From a virus (taxonomy: Duplodnaviria > Caudoviricetes), in the IMG/VR virus record IMGVR_UViG_3300021376_000078, positions 1 through 54,586 of that record: DNA of 54,586 bases; one strand, given 5' to 3'. A model generated the notes under the pieces. It saw nothing but the letters and a program-made list of their open reading frames with translations. It made no database searches and was not told the DNA's origin. Of this stretch, positions 38,238-47,522 are shown one piece after another. Positions within the stretch are counted from its first letter, which is position 1; each line of letters opens with the position of its first letter. The position numbers and the translations under genes were made by a program.

Positions 38238-38972
38238 TCATTTGTTAATAATGTTTTGTAATTGATACCATGTCAATTTATCAATTCTTATCCCATTCGT
38301 GTATTCTTTATACAATACAAAGTATATTTGTTTTATTTTTGTTATTACACTTGTTATATGTTGTGAACTAACACCAGTTCTTTCTCTAACAAGTATGTAT
38401 ATTGCTTTCTTGTTGTAATTTTCTATGTTATCTCTTGTCTTAAATAGGTATAAAATAGTATCTGCAACTTGAATATCACGTTGTTTTGAGAAAAATAACC
38501 CCAAATTTTTTTCAATTATTGTAATAAATATATCTATAAAGTCTCTTTTTTCTTCAATGAAATCATGTCTAACTTTTTCATTTACAACATTTCTCTCCAA
38601 ATCAATAGCACCAATATCTTGACTACGCTTAAAATGATAATAGTTTTTATTATTTTCGGCAATCAAATAGTTCTTAGCAACAATAGAAAAATATGAAAAT
38701 GCTTTACCGTTTTCAGCTTTATATTTGTGTATTTTTTCGTGAAGAAAAGATATGACTTCATGTTTAACATCTTCGTGTCCTACATCAAAATTGTAAAACT
38801 TAAAACGATGTATCATAATTTCTGCTAACTTGTAAAATGCAGGATGTATTTTTTTAGTATAAATGATATTTCTTTGTATATCATCTTCCATTGAATTATA
38901 CAATACTATTGCATCTTCCGTTTCTTGTGTAAAGTAAATATTAGGTTTTTTAGGACTTCGTTTTTGTTTCAT
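38238..38972 (-). CDS. Phage sigma factor, T4 gp55-like (late transcription)
   Basis: YFTQETE, KLAE, KYKAENGKAFSYFSIVAKNYLI resemble sigma region 2 of gp55-like proteins. Confidence 0.65.
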   Translation of the reverse strand: MKQKRSPKKPNIYFTQETEDAIVLYNSMEDDIQRNIIYTKKIHPAFYKLAEIMIHRFKFYNFDVGHEDVKHEVISFLHEKIHKYKAENGKAFSYFSIVAKNYLIAENNKNYYHFKRSQDIGAIDLERNVVNEKVRHDFIEEKRDFIDIFITIIEKNLGLFFSKQRDIQVADTILYLFKTRDNIENYNKKAIYILVRERTGVSSQHITSVITKIKQIYFVLYKEYTNGIRIDKLTWYQLQNIINK

Positions 38973-39334
38973 AAATAATCCTTTTCAAATCTTGCATCAA
39001 ATTTTGGTTTTTCAAGAATAGAACTTCTTTGGTCATCCAACGGTGCTTCACCAAAATAAACTGCAATATCATTTACAATATCTTTCATTTCTTTGAAAAA
39101 ATATCCAGTTTCATCATCAGCTTCAAACGAACCAATCCTATCTAATTGTCTTAAATAAGATTGTTGTGATAAAACTCTATTTTTTAATTCGGTTAGGAAC
39201 CTTTCATTTTCTAAAAGCGTATCAACATTATCTTCTGCCATTTCTTCTAATTTATCAAACTTTTTATACAAGTTTATATTCACATATACCGATGCCGTTA
39301 ATAAAACGGATAAAACAATTATTCCAATTATCAT
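38969..39334 (-). CDS. Membrane-anchored hypothetical protein
   Basis: N-terminal hydrophobic helix followed by a coiled coil. Confidence 0.7.
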   Translation of the reverse strand: MIIGIIVLSVLLTASVYVNINLYKKFDKLEEMAEDNVDTLLENERFLTELKNRVLSQQSYLRQLDRIGSFEADDETGYFFKEMKDIVNDIAVYFGEAPLDDQRSSILEKPKFDARFEKDYL

Positions 39335-39335
39335 A

Positions 39336-39995
39336 TCAACCTCTCTTATGTTTTGGTGGAATTATTGCATCAATTACACCCATATCTAATGCATCTTTAG
39401 GTGTGATATAATAATCCTTGATTGTTACATTTTTCCAATACTCTTTTTCTTTGTTTGAATTTGATTTAAGTATTTCCAAAAGTATTTCTTCCAATTTTTC
39501 CATGTGTTGAACATTGGCTTTCATATCAGAAGATTTACCGTAAATATCTGAACTTATTTCATGGAACATGATTGTGCTGTATTGAGAAGCAGCACGAATA
39601 CCGGTTCCTGCACAAAGAATAAGAGCAGCAGCAGACATTGCTCTACCCCTACAAATTGTGTTTACCTTAACATCAAGACTTTGAACATAATCAATAATAC
39701 CGAGTGCTTCATATACAGAACCACCATCGGAATTGATAATCATGTTAATAGGATCATTTTTATTTTCGTCTTTTCTCATGTGTAGTATTGCACGAATACG
39801 AGTAATAATATCATACAAACTACCATCCATTATCTCACCGAACAACAATACAGAGGATGCCTCAACATCAATACCATAATCCATTTGTGTAGTTGCTTCT
39901 TTCCACCTAACTGGAATATCGTTTTCACTTTCTTTTGATTTATTATTTGCTAATTTTTCTTCAGCGGTATCTTCACCATCATAAAAATCGTTCAT
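39336..39995 (-). CDS. clpP: ClpP-family serine protease (S14)
   Basis: INSDGGSV, GRAMSAA (Ser), IMFHE (His), KDYYITPKDALDMGVID (Asp). Confidence 0.9.
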   Translation of the reverse strand: MNDFYDGEDTAEEKLANNKSKESENDIPVRWKEATTQMDYGIDVEASSVLLFGEIMDGSLYDIITRIRAILHMRKDENKNDPINMIINSDGGSVYEALGIIDYVQSLDVKVNTICRGRAMSAAALILCAGTGIRAASQYSTIMFHEISSDIYGKSSDMKANVQHMEKLEEILLEILKSNSNKEKEYWKNVTIKDYYITPKDALDMGVIDAIIPPKHKRG

Positions 39996-40030
39996 AGTAG
40001 AACTCCTTATTAAAATATGATAATGACATT

Positions 40031-41074
40031 CTAAAAAGATATTCCCCTCCTATAACCTAAATCTGGTCTAGGTGGTTCTTCATAGAATGCCCTTTGTTCT
40101 TCTTGTTCGTCTAATATACCAATTTCTTCTTTAACTGCCAAATCTTTTTTTATTTTTTGCTTTTTGTGTGTAACAATTTTTTTTTCTTTTGTGGGTTCCA
40201 CAACATCTACAACGGTTTCCACAACTTTTTTATTTTTTGGTGGTGGTGGACTTTCATCATCTTCCGGTGGTATCTTCTTTTCCTTATGACGAAGATGATT
40301 TGCTGCTATTACCAAACTAACTGCAAGGGGATCAAATACTGATACAAGAACGAGTATAAACCAATTAACTATTATGTCCATTGGTGCACCAGTTAATCTA
40401 CTCAAATACAATAATGGTCCTATTTCTGATGTAAATGTAGAATTTTCTAATATCAATTTTTCTTGTTCCAATTTAGCAAGACTATCAGATAAACCAATAG
40501 ATTTTTGATTTAGTTCCGATATTTCTTTATTTAGTGTTTGAGTTGAATTATCTACGGATTGAATATTTCTCTGCAATCCCTTTGTTCCTTTCTTTGATGA
40601 TAGTTGTGCGTTCAAAGATGTTTCTTGGGTAAATCTCAATTGGTCATAAGATGATATTCTTTGTGATTTTTGTTTTACAAGAGTATCTATTTGGTTTTTT
40701 TGTTCAACAAAGATTTCTTTTTTCTTATCAATTAGTGCAATTTTATTCTGTGTTTCATATATTGACTTTGCAGTTTCTTGGTAAGAATTGGTTAAATATC
40801 CATAAACACCAACCGATGTCAATATCATAAGGACAGCGGCTGCACTAATAAGGTAAACTTTGAAGGTAGTTTTTAGGGTTTTATAGTGGTCATGTAGGAA
40901 TGTGATAACCACTAATTTTGAAAATTCCAACATCCCAGCCATCCCCACGATTGACCAAGATCCACCAGAAAATAATTTGGATATGCCGTAAACAGAATAA
41001 TATCCCGAAAATACTGCCAATCCGATAGCACAAAACCAGATTAGATTTTTCAGAGAAAGTAATTTACTTGACAT
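40031..41074 (-). CDS. Multi-pass membrane protein with a long coiled-coil loop
   Basis: Three N-terminal hydrophobic segments, a coiled coil, then VFDPLAV transmembrane segment. Confidence 0.75.
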   Translation of the reverse strand: MSSKLLSLKNLIWFCAIGLAVFSGYYSVYGISKLFSGGSWSIVGMAGMLEFSKLVVITFLHDHYKTLKTTFKVYLISAAAVLMILTSVGVYGYLTNSYQETAKSIYETQNKIALIDKKKEIFVEQKNQIDTLVKQKSQRISSYDQLRFTQETSLNAQLSSKKGTKGLQRNIQSVDNSTQTLNKEISELNQKSIGLSDSLAKLEQEKLILENSTFTSEIGPLLYLSRLTGAPMDIIVNWFILVLVSVFDPLAVSLVIAANHLRHKEKKIPPEDDESPPPPKNKKVVETVVDVVEPTKEKKIVTHKKQKIKKDLAVKEEIGILDEQEEQRAFYEEPPRPDLGYRRGISF

Positions 41075-41136
41075 TTATATCCCATTTTTTGTTCATAATC
41101 ATGTAATCATAAATATGAACTTTTGGAATTTATAGG

Positions 41137-42042
41137 TTAGATACCATATTCGGTTAGGTATTGTTTGAGGGCTAATTCTTTGGCTTTACATTCCAACATA
41201 ATATCAACATTATGTCCGTATGTGTTGATTTTTTCTAATATGTAATCAGCGTGTGCCTGTGGTTTTTCTTTGGAATTACCTGTTTCTTTCAGTCGTGATG
41301 ATGAATAATGGACAACTGGTGTAATACCGTCTGGCCAAGTAGATATGGCAAGTTCAAGAGCTTGTTGTTCTGATAAGTCACCTGTGCAGAATTGGTGGTG
41401 GTGATAGTCAAATACAATTGGAATACCAACACATTCGTGAATACGCATAAGGTCTTTGACTGAATACATACTGGCTTTGTCATCATTTTCAATAGTCATT
41501 CTTGAACGAACACTATGGGATAATAAGTTGAAGTTACGGCACCAACGGTCAAGTGACGCAATCTTGTCACCATAAACACCGTTGCAATGTATATTGATTT
41601 TGTTGTATGGTGTATGTGATAATCCCATCATATCGAATACTTTACCGTGTAATTCCAAATCAACGATTGTATTCTTTACAACATTTTCGTTTGGTGAACA
41701 AAGAACATTGAAAGGTCCAGGATGACATGATAAACGAATACCGTGTTCATTTGCATAGTCACCAATTCTTTTGAGAACAGTTTTGATTTCTTCAATGTCT
41801 GGTAGTGTTTTCAAGTCATATTCAGAACCCCAAGGAAATACATTTGATGATGTTCGGAAGAAATAGATACCATTCTCAACATTCCATTTGAGTATAGTTT
41901 CCATATCAATAACATTTAGGAGAGCAAGTTCGGAACAATAATTGATACCTTTTTGTAGAAAGGTTTTTTTAATCATTGAACGATTTGTAGTAATCTTATC
42001 TTTTGATAAGGTCATATTGATACAGGCATAGCCGAGTTTCAT
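41137..42042 (-). CDS. uvsE: UV damage endonuclease
   Basis: LGYACIN, FRTSS, RLSCHPG, INIH, IENDD, FDYHHH, HYSS, AHADY, MLECKAKE. Confidence 0.95.
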   Translation of the reverse strand: MKLGYACINMTLSKDKITTNRSMIKKTFLQKGINYCSELALLNVIDMETILKWNVENGIYFFRTSSNVFPWGSEYDLKTLPDIEEIKTVLKRIGDYANEHGIRLSCHPGPFNVLCSPNENVVKNTIVDLELHGKVFDMMGLSHTPYNKINIHCNGVYGDKIASLDRWCRNFNLLSHSVRSRMTIENDDKASMYSVKDLMRIHECVGIPIVFDYHHHQFCTGDLSEQQALELAISTWPDGITPVVHYSSSRLKETGNSKEKPQAHADYILEKINTYGHNVDIMLECKAKELALKQYLTEYGI

Positions 42043-42078
42043 AGTAGTTGGCTTTAATGTATAATGTTTAATTCAACA

Positions 42079-42109
42079 CCAATATACGGATCTTTTTTGT
42101 AAGATCAAA
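42079..42109 (-). promoter_or_regulatory. Promoter for uvsE (TTTGATCTTACAAAAAA...TATATTGG)
   Basis: First 17 nt identical to the promoter at 47355; same spacing. Confidence 0.65.
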
Positions 42110-42155
42110 ATAAAAAAAAATCCCGTTAGTTTGCATTACTGCACTACTAACGGGA
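42107..42155 (-). terminator. Intrinsic terminator
   Basis: TCCCGTTAGT/ACTAACGGGA stem (42121-42155) followed by a long T run on the minus strand. Confidence 0.85.
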
Positions 42156-42181
42156 CTAAACCCATTCCGAACAATAGGTAA

Positions 42182-42709
42182 TTACGGTTTAACTCTATCA
42201 CATGGAATTTTACCAGTTGCCTTCCATAAATTCCAAAGAGTAAGTTGGTCAAGTCTTAAAATTGCTTCAATGTAAATAAATGTATTTTTTACACATTGTT
42301 CCATTTTAAGTCTATATTCTTTTAACAAGTCTCGATGTAATTGACGAAATTCAAAATTTATTATTTCAATTTCTTTTTTTATTTCATCTGTTTTACGAAC
42401 ACCACGATACTTTTCTAATTTTGCCTTATGTTGTTCTTGTAATGTTTTAATGGCATCATTAAATTCTTTTTTACATTCCATTGTGCAAATTCGTTCTTCA
42501 CGAATTATACTATCAATCACCAATCTTTGTTCTCTTGTCAAATTAAGACATTCTAATGCTCTTTGAAGTGGAACACGATTTTTTACACTATCATGATTTG
42601 TGACAGGTGTTCTTTTTTCAAACATAGTAATGTCTTGTGGTTGATTGATATTCGCATTACAACCAACAAAAAACAAAGTTACAAACAATAAACTGATAAA
42701 ACTTTTCAT
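42182..42709 (-). CDS. Predicted lipoprotein, helical, loosely Spy/CpxP-like
   Basis: Lipobox FVGC; LNLTREQ and LRLDQ motifs; TAGGAG SD. Confidence 0.6.
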   Translation of the reverse strand: MKSFISLLFVTLFFVGCNANINQPQDITMFEKRTPVTNHDSVKNRVPLQRALECLNLTREQRLVIDSIIREERICTMECKKEFNDAIKTLQEQHKAKLEKYRGVRKTDEIKKEIEIINFEFRQLHRDLLKEYRLKMEQCVKNTFIYIEAILRLDQLTLWNLWKATGKIPCDRVKP

Positions 42710-42746
42710 GTTATACTCCTAAATTGTAAAAACACTATAACAATAA

Positions 42747-43019
42747 TTATTGTTTAGCGGATTTTTTGTATTTTCTTTTTGGTGATGATGTTGATTTTTC
42801 AATCTTTTCCTTTTTAGCAACTTTAGCATTATGTTCTTTCGCAAACTGTTTTACATTTGCACGTTCAATTTCATCAGCGTGTTGATGAATTGTTTTGATA
42901 ATAACTTTTTTGTCTTCCAGTTCGGTTAGAACTTCGGTAAACTTTTCGCGGTAATAGAGCCAAATTGAAACTGATCCTAAAACCAAACCACCAACGGCGG
43001 TTAAAATAATTTCTAACAT
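42747..43019 (-). CDS. Small membrane-anchored protein with a basic tail
   Basis: N-terminal transmembrane helix; AAGGAG SD. Confidence 0.7.
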   Translation of the reverse strand: MLEIILTAVGGLVLGSVSIWLYYREKFTEVLTELEDKKVIIKTIHQHADEIERANVKQFAKEHNAKVAKKEKIEKSTSSPKRKYKKSAKQ

Positions 43020-43029
43020 AAGAAACTCC

Positions 43030-43560
43030 TTAATTATTAATACAGAAAATAAATTTCGTCTCTGTTATCTTTTTAACAGTTATTTTTGCATACTTTGATA
43101 TAAAGTGTAAAATCAAAAACCCTGCATTGTATTGGAATGTTGGGGTTTCTTTTATATCTATTGTTATTATTAAATTATCTGAAAACTTTAAACAATTTTT
43201 TACAACCTCGTCAATAAATACATATTGTCTATTTGTGTAAATTGGTTTGTCAAATATACCAGATATTAGTGTCCAATTATATCTTTCATCTGTTATATTA
43301 TCTATAAATTCTTGCATACTTTCTTGTACAGAAACCCATGGATGTGTTCTCTCATACGGTTGATAATCACTAAAAAAAGTTTTTACATTATCGTGGACAT
43401 CAACAGCAGTATACTCAATATCTAATTCAAATTCGTCAAGAGTTTTCATAAAATCGGTATCAAAATAACAAGCACCAAAATGTAACACACTTTCGTTGCT
43501 ACCTATACCGCAATAGATTATTTCATCTAATAAATTTTTTCTAATTTCCGTTTCTTCCAT
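43030..43560 (-). CDS. Hypothetical protein, degenerate class I SAM methyltransferase-like fold
   Basis: SVLHFGAC, YTAVD and YNWTLISGIFD resemble motifs I, II and IV, but the glycine loop is incomplete. Confidence 0.45.
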   Translation of the reverse strand: MEETEIRKNLLDEIIYCGIGSNESVLHFGACYFDTDFMKTLDEFELDIEYTAVDVHDNVKTFFSDYQPYERTHPWVSVQESMQEFIDNITDERYNWTLISGIFDKPIYTNRQYVFIDEVVKNCLKFSDNLIITIDIKETPTFQYNAGFLILHFISKYAKITVKKITETKFIFCINN

Positions 43561-43561
43561 A

Positions 43562-44227
43562 TTATTTCCATCCTATTGCTTCCGAAATGTTCGGGAATTG
43601 ATTAACAAAAATTGATTTTATACCTTCCGCAATTAGTCTATGTTCCTTCTGTGTATCAGGCGCACATCGTAGTTCAAGGTAGTGGATCCAACTTCTAACC
43701 GAACCTTTCATATACATGGTTGTTTCTGTTGAAAGTGGAAGCACATCACGAGCAGTTTCTCTTGATATTCCTGACTTTATTAACTTATCATATAACATTT
43801 TTGAATTTGCAAAGTGTTGCTCAACATCCCGTTCTAGCATAAAATTCGGTATTAGTTCTTCACTACTTTGTCTATTTGTTTTTCCTTGTTTTCTCAATTC
43901 AATTGGTTGTATTTCCGTTGCAGTTGAATATCGTTGAGAAAATTCTTGGAATGAAAAAGATTTGTGACGAAGAATTTGAGCTGCAATACTTCTACGAGTA
44001 ACTATCTCAAAGGTAACATCTACAAATTCAAATGGAGACCAGTGTTTATGCTTAATCAAATAGTTTATCAATTTTGGAGCAGTTTCCATATTGATTTGAT
44101 TTGACGGATTACTAACTCTTGCAATATAAACTATCAATTCTTCGGGAGATAATTGATTGATAATACCATCTAAATTTACTTGCAGTGTTGATGTTGGTTC
44201 TGTAAACGAAACTAATTTTACGGACAT
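43562..44227 (-). CDS. thyX: Flavin-dependent thymidylate synthase
   Basis: HWSPFE, QILRHKSFSFQEFSQRY, ARDVLP, TQKEHR. Confidence 0.95.
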   Translation of the reverse strand: MSVKLVSFTEPTSTLQVNLDGIINQLSPEELIVYIARVSNPSNQINMETAPKLINYLIKHKHWSPFEFVDVTFEIVTRRSIAAQILRHKSFSFQEFSQRYSTATEIQPIELRKQGKTNRQSSEELIPNFMLERDVEQHFANSKMLYDKLIKSGISRETARDVLPLSTETTMYMKGSVRSWIHYLELRCAPDTQKEHRLIAEGIKSIFVNQFPNISEAIGWK

Positions 44228-44230
44228 AAC

Positions 44231-44707
44231 TTAATTTTTGCCTTTATTTATTTTTACCAATTTTATGTTGATACCATTTCTATCTTCTGTAATAATAACT
44301 GAATGGTCACCTGTATAAAGTATCATCGTAAGCCATTTCAGAAATTTATTTATATCGGTATCTATTGGATCATTAAAGTTTTTATCTTTACCTTTCAAAT
44401 TATTTTTACCAAAAAAATCTTCAGGATTTTTCATCATTTCTTTTTCAAATGTATCTTCATCCATGTTTGGTAATTCTTTTGGTGGCATCATAAAGTCTTT
44501 TTCTTCATCATCATCATCTATTTCTTCTCTGCGTTTTTCTTTAATTTTACTCATTATTTCTTCAAGAGTATAAAAGTCATAAATTTTATTAAAGTCATCA
44601 AGAAATTTACTTAATGTTTTCTTTGACATCTTTTCATCCTTTTTTCCACCTAAATTAACTTCATAGTAATTTAACATGGATTTTAATTTATGTTCTTGTT
44701 TTGTCAT
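44231..44707 (-). CDS. Hypothetical charged protein
   Basis: 158-aa ORF within the operon. Confidence 0.65.
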   Translation of the reverse strand: MTKQEHKLKSMLNYYEVNLGGKKDEKMSKKTLSKFLDDFNKIYDFYTLEEIMSKIKEKRREEIDDDDEEKDFMMPPKELPNMDEDTFEKEMMKNPEDFFGKNNLKGKDKNFNDPIDTDINKFLKWLTMILYTGDHSVIITEDRNGINIKLVKINKGKN

Positions 44708-44939
44708 TATTTTGCCTTTTAATTATATCTATGACTTCTACATATTCATAATTTCCATTCTTTATTTGTTTGATGGAATAATCTTTTAACTCTTTACAGA
44801 TTTTTTGATTACCGCCATATTGTGTTGCCATTTCAATCATTGTATTTTTAATTTGAACTTTACTTGGTTTCATTATATCAAGTTTAAGCACAAGCCACAT
44901 CGATACAAACCCTAATAAAAATGATGTTAGTATTTCCAT
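44688..44939 (-). CDS. Small membrane-anchored hypothetical protein
   Basis: AAGGAG SD before the ATG at 44939; hydrophobic N-terminus. Confidence 0.65.
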   Translation of the reverse strand: MEILTSFLLGFVSMWLVLKLDIMKPSKVQIKNTMIEMATQYGGNQKICKELKDYSIKQIKNGNYEYVEVIDIIKRQNNDKTRT

Positions 44940-45042
44940 CAATAACTCCTTATATGGATAACTGTTTATAGATAAATAGAAACTTTACGAGAGAAAAATG
45001 GTCGGTATGTAAAAAAATCTCTCGTTTATGATAAAACTTTGA

Positions 45043-45546
45043 TTATACCTTAACTCCCCTTTCTTTCAGGTCTTTATAGACCATCTTTGAAACTTTATTC
45101 CAATAGTGCTTAGTAGCACCTTTTTTATGTCCATTAGGACCTCCATTCCACTTTCGTGCAATGATCTCCATCTCACTCATTGTGATGGTTTCCCAGTTAA
45201 TGTTGGGATTGTAGAAATTCTGAAAAATCCAAAACATTTGTTCTGACTTTTCAGGATTTAGCCTATCTTGTAAAGTAAAAGTTTTATTGATACCTTTCAT
45301 TTTACAGATACGGTTCACTTCCTTCACCATTACTGGTAAAATTTGAACTATTCCAAGTGAACCATCCTTTGATCGTGCGGTTGCATTGCCTTTTGACTCA
45401 ACCCAAACGATAGATGAATATAGCACTTTTTTCATTGTTACCGATTTTATTTCAGCACTTCTGTTTAGAGTAGTAGTCATTGCTACTAAAGGAAAACAGA
45501 AACCAATGAAAAACAATGATATAACCCGTTTACATTTGTTAGTCAT
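45043..45546 (-). CDS. Lytic transglycosylase (SLT / lysozyme-like) with an N-terminal signal or anchor
   Basis: WVESKG catalytic Glu, GIVQI, WNGGP; hydrophobic N-terminus. Confidence 0.85.
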   Translation of the reverse strand: MTNKCKRVISLFFIGFCFPLVAMTTTLNRSAEIKSVTMKKVLYSSIVWVESKGNATARSKDGSLGIVQILPVMVKEVNRICKMKGINKTFTLQDRLNPEKSEQMFWIFQNFYNPNINWETITMSEMEIIARKWNGGPNGHKKGATKHYWNKVSKMVYKDLKERGVKV

Positions 45547-45659
45547 AATCTTGTCCTCATTTATGGATAATATATTTAACGAACCATTCCGTTGAAATTA
45601 ACGATATGGTTAAAACATATACCGACCATGTTTTCAAAGAACTTACTTTGAGTATCTAT

Positions 45660-45694
45660 CAAAGATACGAAAAATATAAATATGTAGCAAGCAC
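45660..45694 (-). promoter_or_regulatory. Bacteroidota-type promoter (GTGCTTG...TATCTTTG)
   Basis: TAnnTTTG with the conserved 27-nt offset; upstream of the SLT gene. Confidence 0.7.
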
Positions 45695-45706
45695 TTTTTT
45701 ACTTCT

Positions 45707-45776
45707 TAGATCTATAGATCTATATTAGATCTAGATCTGATCACTTTCTTTGTGTTCACACTTTCTCCGTGTTCAC
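45707..45776. repeat. GATC palindrome cluster (4x AGATCT, 1x TGATCA) plus 2x GTGTTCAC
   Basis: TAGATCTATAGATCTA is a perfect 16-bp palindrome; AGATCTAGATCT is a 12-bp palindrome. Confidence 0.85.
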
Positions 45777-45778
45777 TG

Positions 45779-45814
45779 GCAAGATAATACATTTTACCTA
45801 TATGATCAAAGCAA
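45779..45814 (-). promoter_or_regulatory. Promoter of the same family (TTGCTTTGATC...TATCTTGC)
   Basis: Upstream 11-mer identical to the promoters at 47351 and 47447. Confidence 0.6.
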
Positions 45815-45820
45815 TTATTA

Positions 45821-46474
45821 TTACCAAGCAAGAACATTTGGATATTTCCTCATTTTTTTAATTGGCGTTTGAACATAATCATATTTGTTACCACGATATA
45901 GGAATGTTGAACCACCACCATCCATATTGATGGCATCCTTACACCCTAATTCCAATAGTCTTTTGGGTAAATCCACTACACTAATACCACTATTGATATA
46001 AATAAATACACTATCTTGATGATGACTGCCAAACACCGTCCTCGGCCGTCTGGCTGTTGTAAAACTGTTTTTACCTATCTTTTGTGGTAAACTGTCCTTA
46101 ACGAGTAGTGGCGTTCCTGCAAAGATGTATTTTGACCATATAGCAGGTACACCAAACCGGTCGCTGAAGTGTAAATGTGGTCTTAAATTTGGAACACCAA
46201 AATCATGTGGATCATCAATAGATACAAATGGCCAACCATGTGGGTTGTTTGGTTTGATATAATCATGGTTCTTGAACGGTGGAACTACCGCCTTTGTAGT
46301 AAAGAACGATAGATTTATCATATTCCTCAATTTATACTTTACAGAATACCATGATGGGTGGCGTAGTGTATCAGATGAATACACACGAACTTTTTTGAGT
46401 GGCAACTTAATAACCCATTCCTTTCCCCAAGTAATAGATGATGCCAACAATAATACTAAAATAAACCTTAACAT
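45821..46474 (-). CDS. Phosphodiester glycosidase (NAGPA/DUF2233-like) with signal peptide
   Basis: RRPRTVFG and DAINMDGGGST motifs; cleavable-looking N-terminal signal. Confidence 0.8.
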   Translation of the reverse strand: MLRFILVLLLASSITWGKEWVIKLPLKKVRVYSSDTLRHPSWYSVKYKLRNMINLSFFTTKAVVPPFKNHDYIKPNNPHGWPFVSIDDPHDFGVPNLRPHLHFSDRFGVPAIWSKYIFAGTPLLVKDSLPQKIGKNSFTTARRPRTVFGSHHQDSVFIYINSGISVVDLPKRLLELGCKDAINMDGGGSTFLYRGNKYDYVQTPIKKMRKYPNVLAW

Positions 46475-46521
46475 TGTTTTCCCTTGTTGAAAATAATAAC
46501 TATAATAAAAAATTTCAAAAA

Positions 46522-46556
46522 TTGCTTGCTTCGTATCAAACTATTTCTTATATTCG
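46522..46556 (+). promoter_or_regulatory. Promoter (TTGCTTGC...TATATTCG)
   Basis: Same family and spacing; first element after the strand switch. Confidence 0.65.
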
Positions 46557-46600
46557 TATCAAATATAATCATTTTATTTCACATTTCCAAAGGAATTGTT

Positions 46601-46807
46601 ATGGCGTTCTACCTCGCAAAAGTTCAATTTGAAATCACAAATGAACAAGGTAAAGTAAAAAAACACAACCGCACCTATCTAGTTAGTGCAGTTTCAGTAA
46701 CCGATGCAGAAGTTTTGGTGAATAAGTATCTAAAAGATAGCACCGAACCATTTGAAGTCAAAACTATTGCAGAATCAAAAATTGTGGATTGTATCTATGA
46801 GCAATGA
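46601..46807 (+). CDS. DUF4494-like protein (Bacteroidota-associated); start revised to 46601
   Basis: KVQFEITNEQGKVKK...YLVSAVSVTDAE motif; AAGGA upstream. Confidence 0.75.
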   Translation: MAFYLAKVQFEITNEQGKVKKHNRTYLVSAVSVTDAEVLVNKYLKDSTEPFEVKTIAESKIVDCIYEQ

Positions 46808-47234
46808 AAAATTTAATCAACTACTTGATGAATTTAAGAAGAATTTTGAGTTGGTTTCAAATTCAAATGATTTACAAGACTTAAAAGAAAAGTATAGTGC
46901 TCTTGAAATCAGTCGTGAAAATATCTTTGAATGGATTATGTCATCCATTCAACATGATGAACAAAAAGGTGAATACATGAACAAGTTTGGTAAATTTGAA
47001 AATTCATTGTGGTATAATGACAATGAAGATAGTGGAATACCTATTTTTGATTTAGACATAAGTTTTGATGAAATTGATGAAATGTTTGAAGAATATGGTT
47101 CATATTTTCAAAGATACGGATGTCTTACACCGGATCAAATTGTATCATGGGATAAAGAGAATGTTCTTTTCGATGATGAATTTGGGAATGTAGAAATAGT
47201 AAAAAGACCAGATGTTTTGCTGAATATTCAGTAA
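46797..47234 (+). CDS. Hypothetical acidic protein (start revised to ATG 46797)
   Basis: ORF coupled to the DUF4494-like gene. Confidence 0.7.
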   Translation: MSNEKFNQLLDEFKKNFELVSNSNDLQDLKEKYSALEISRENIFEWIMSSIQHDEQKGEYMNKFGKFENSLWYNDNEDSGIPIFDLDISFDEIDEMFEEYGSYFQRYGCLTPDQIVSWDKENVLFDDEFGNVEIVKRPDVLLNIQ

Positions 47235-47242
47235 AAATCGGT

Positions 47243-47334
47243 TAAGTCTTTATATTTCAAGGATTTACGTCATTTCCGGCGTAAGTCCTTGATTTTTATA
47301 GACTTAGCGTAACTCCTTAAAAATCAACGGTTTA
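47243..47334. promoter_or_regulatory. Imperfect inverted repeat containing IHF-consensus-like sites
   Basis: TCAAGGATTTACG / CGTAAGTCCTTGA arms; WATCAANNNNTTR matches on the minus strand at 47282-47294 and the plus strand at 47322-47334. Confidence 0.55.
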
Positions 47335-47350
47335 CAAATTATTTTCATTA

Positions 47351-47385
47351 TTGCTTTGATCTTACAAAAAAATGCCTTATATTTG
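47351..47385 (+). promoter_or_regulatory. Bacteroidota-type promoter (TTGCTTTGATC...TATATTTG), tandem copy 1
   Basis: -33 TTTG and -7 TAnnTTTG consensus. Confidence 0.8.
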
Positions 47386-47446
47386 TAATATGCAATGATG
47401 ACAACCAAACAAACAAATATGAACATTGTTACAATTATTTCAAAAA

Positions 47447-47481
47447 TTGCTTTGATCTTAGTTGGCAATGCCTTATATTTG
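47447..47481 (+). promoter_or_regulatory. Bacteroidota-type promoter, tandem copy 2
   Basis: Near-identical to copy 1, 96 bp downstream. Confidence 0.8.
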
Positions 47482-47522
47482 TATTGTAAACTGATAACAA
47501 CCACATATTCAAGGATCTCAAA

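Noticed and set aside
46484-46600. N-terminal extension of the 107-aa ORF
   Set aside because: It overlaps a promoter; the recognisable domain and SD begin at ATG 46601.
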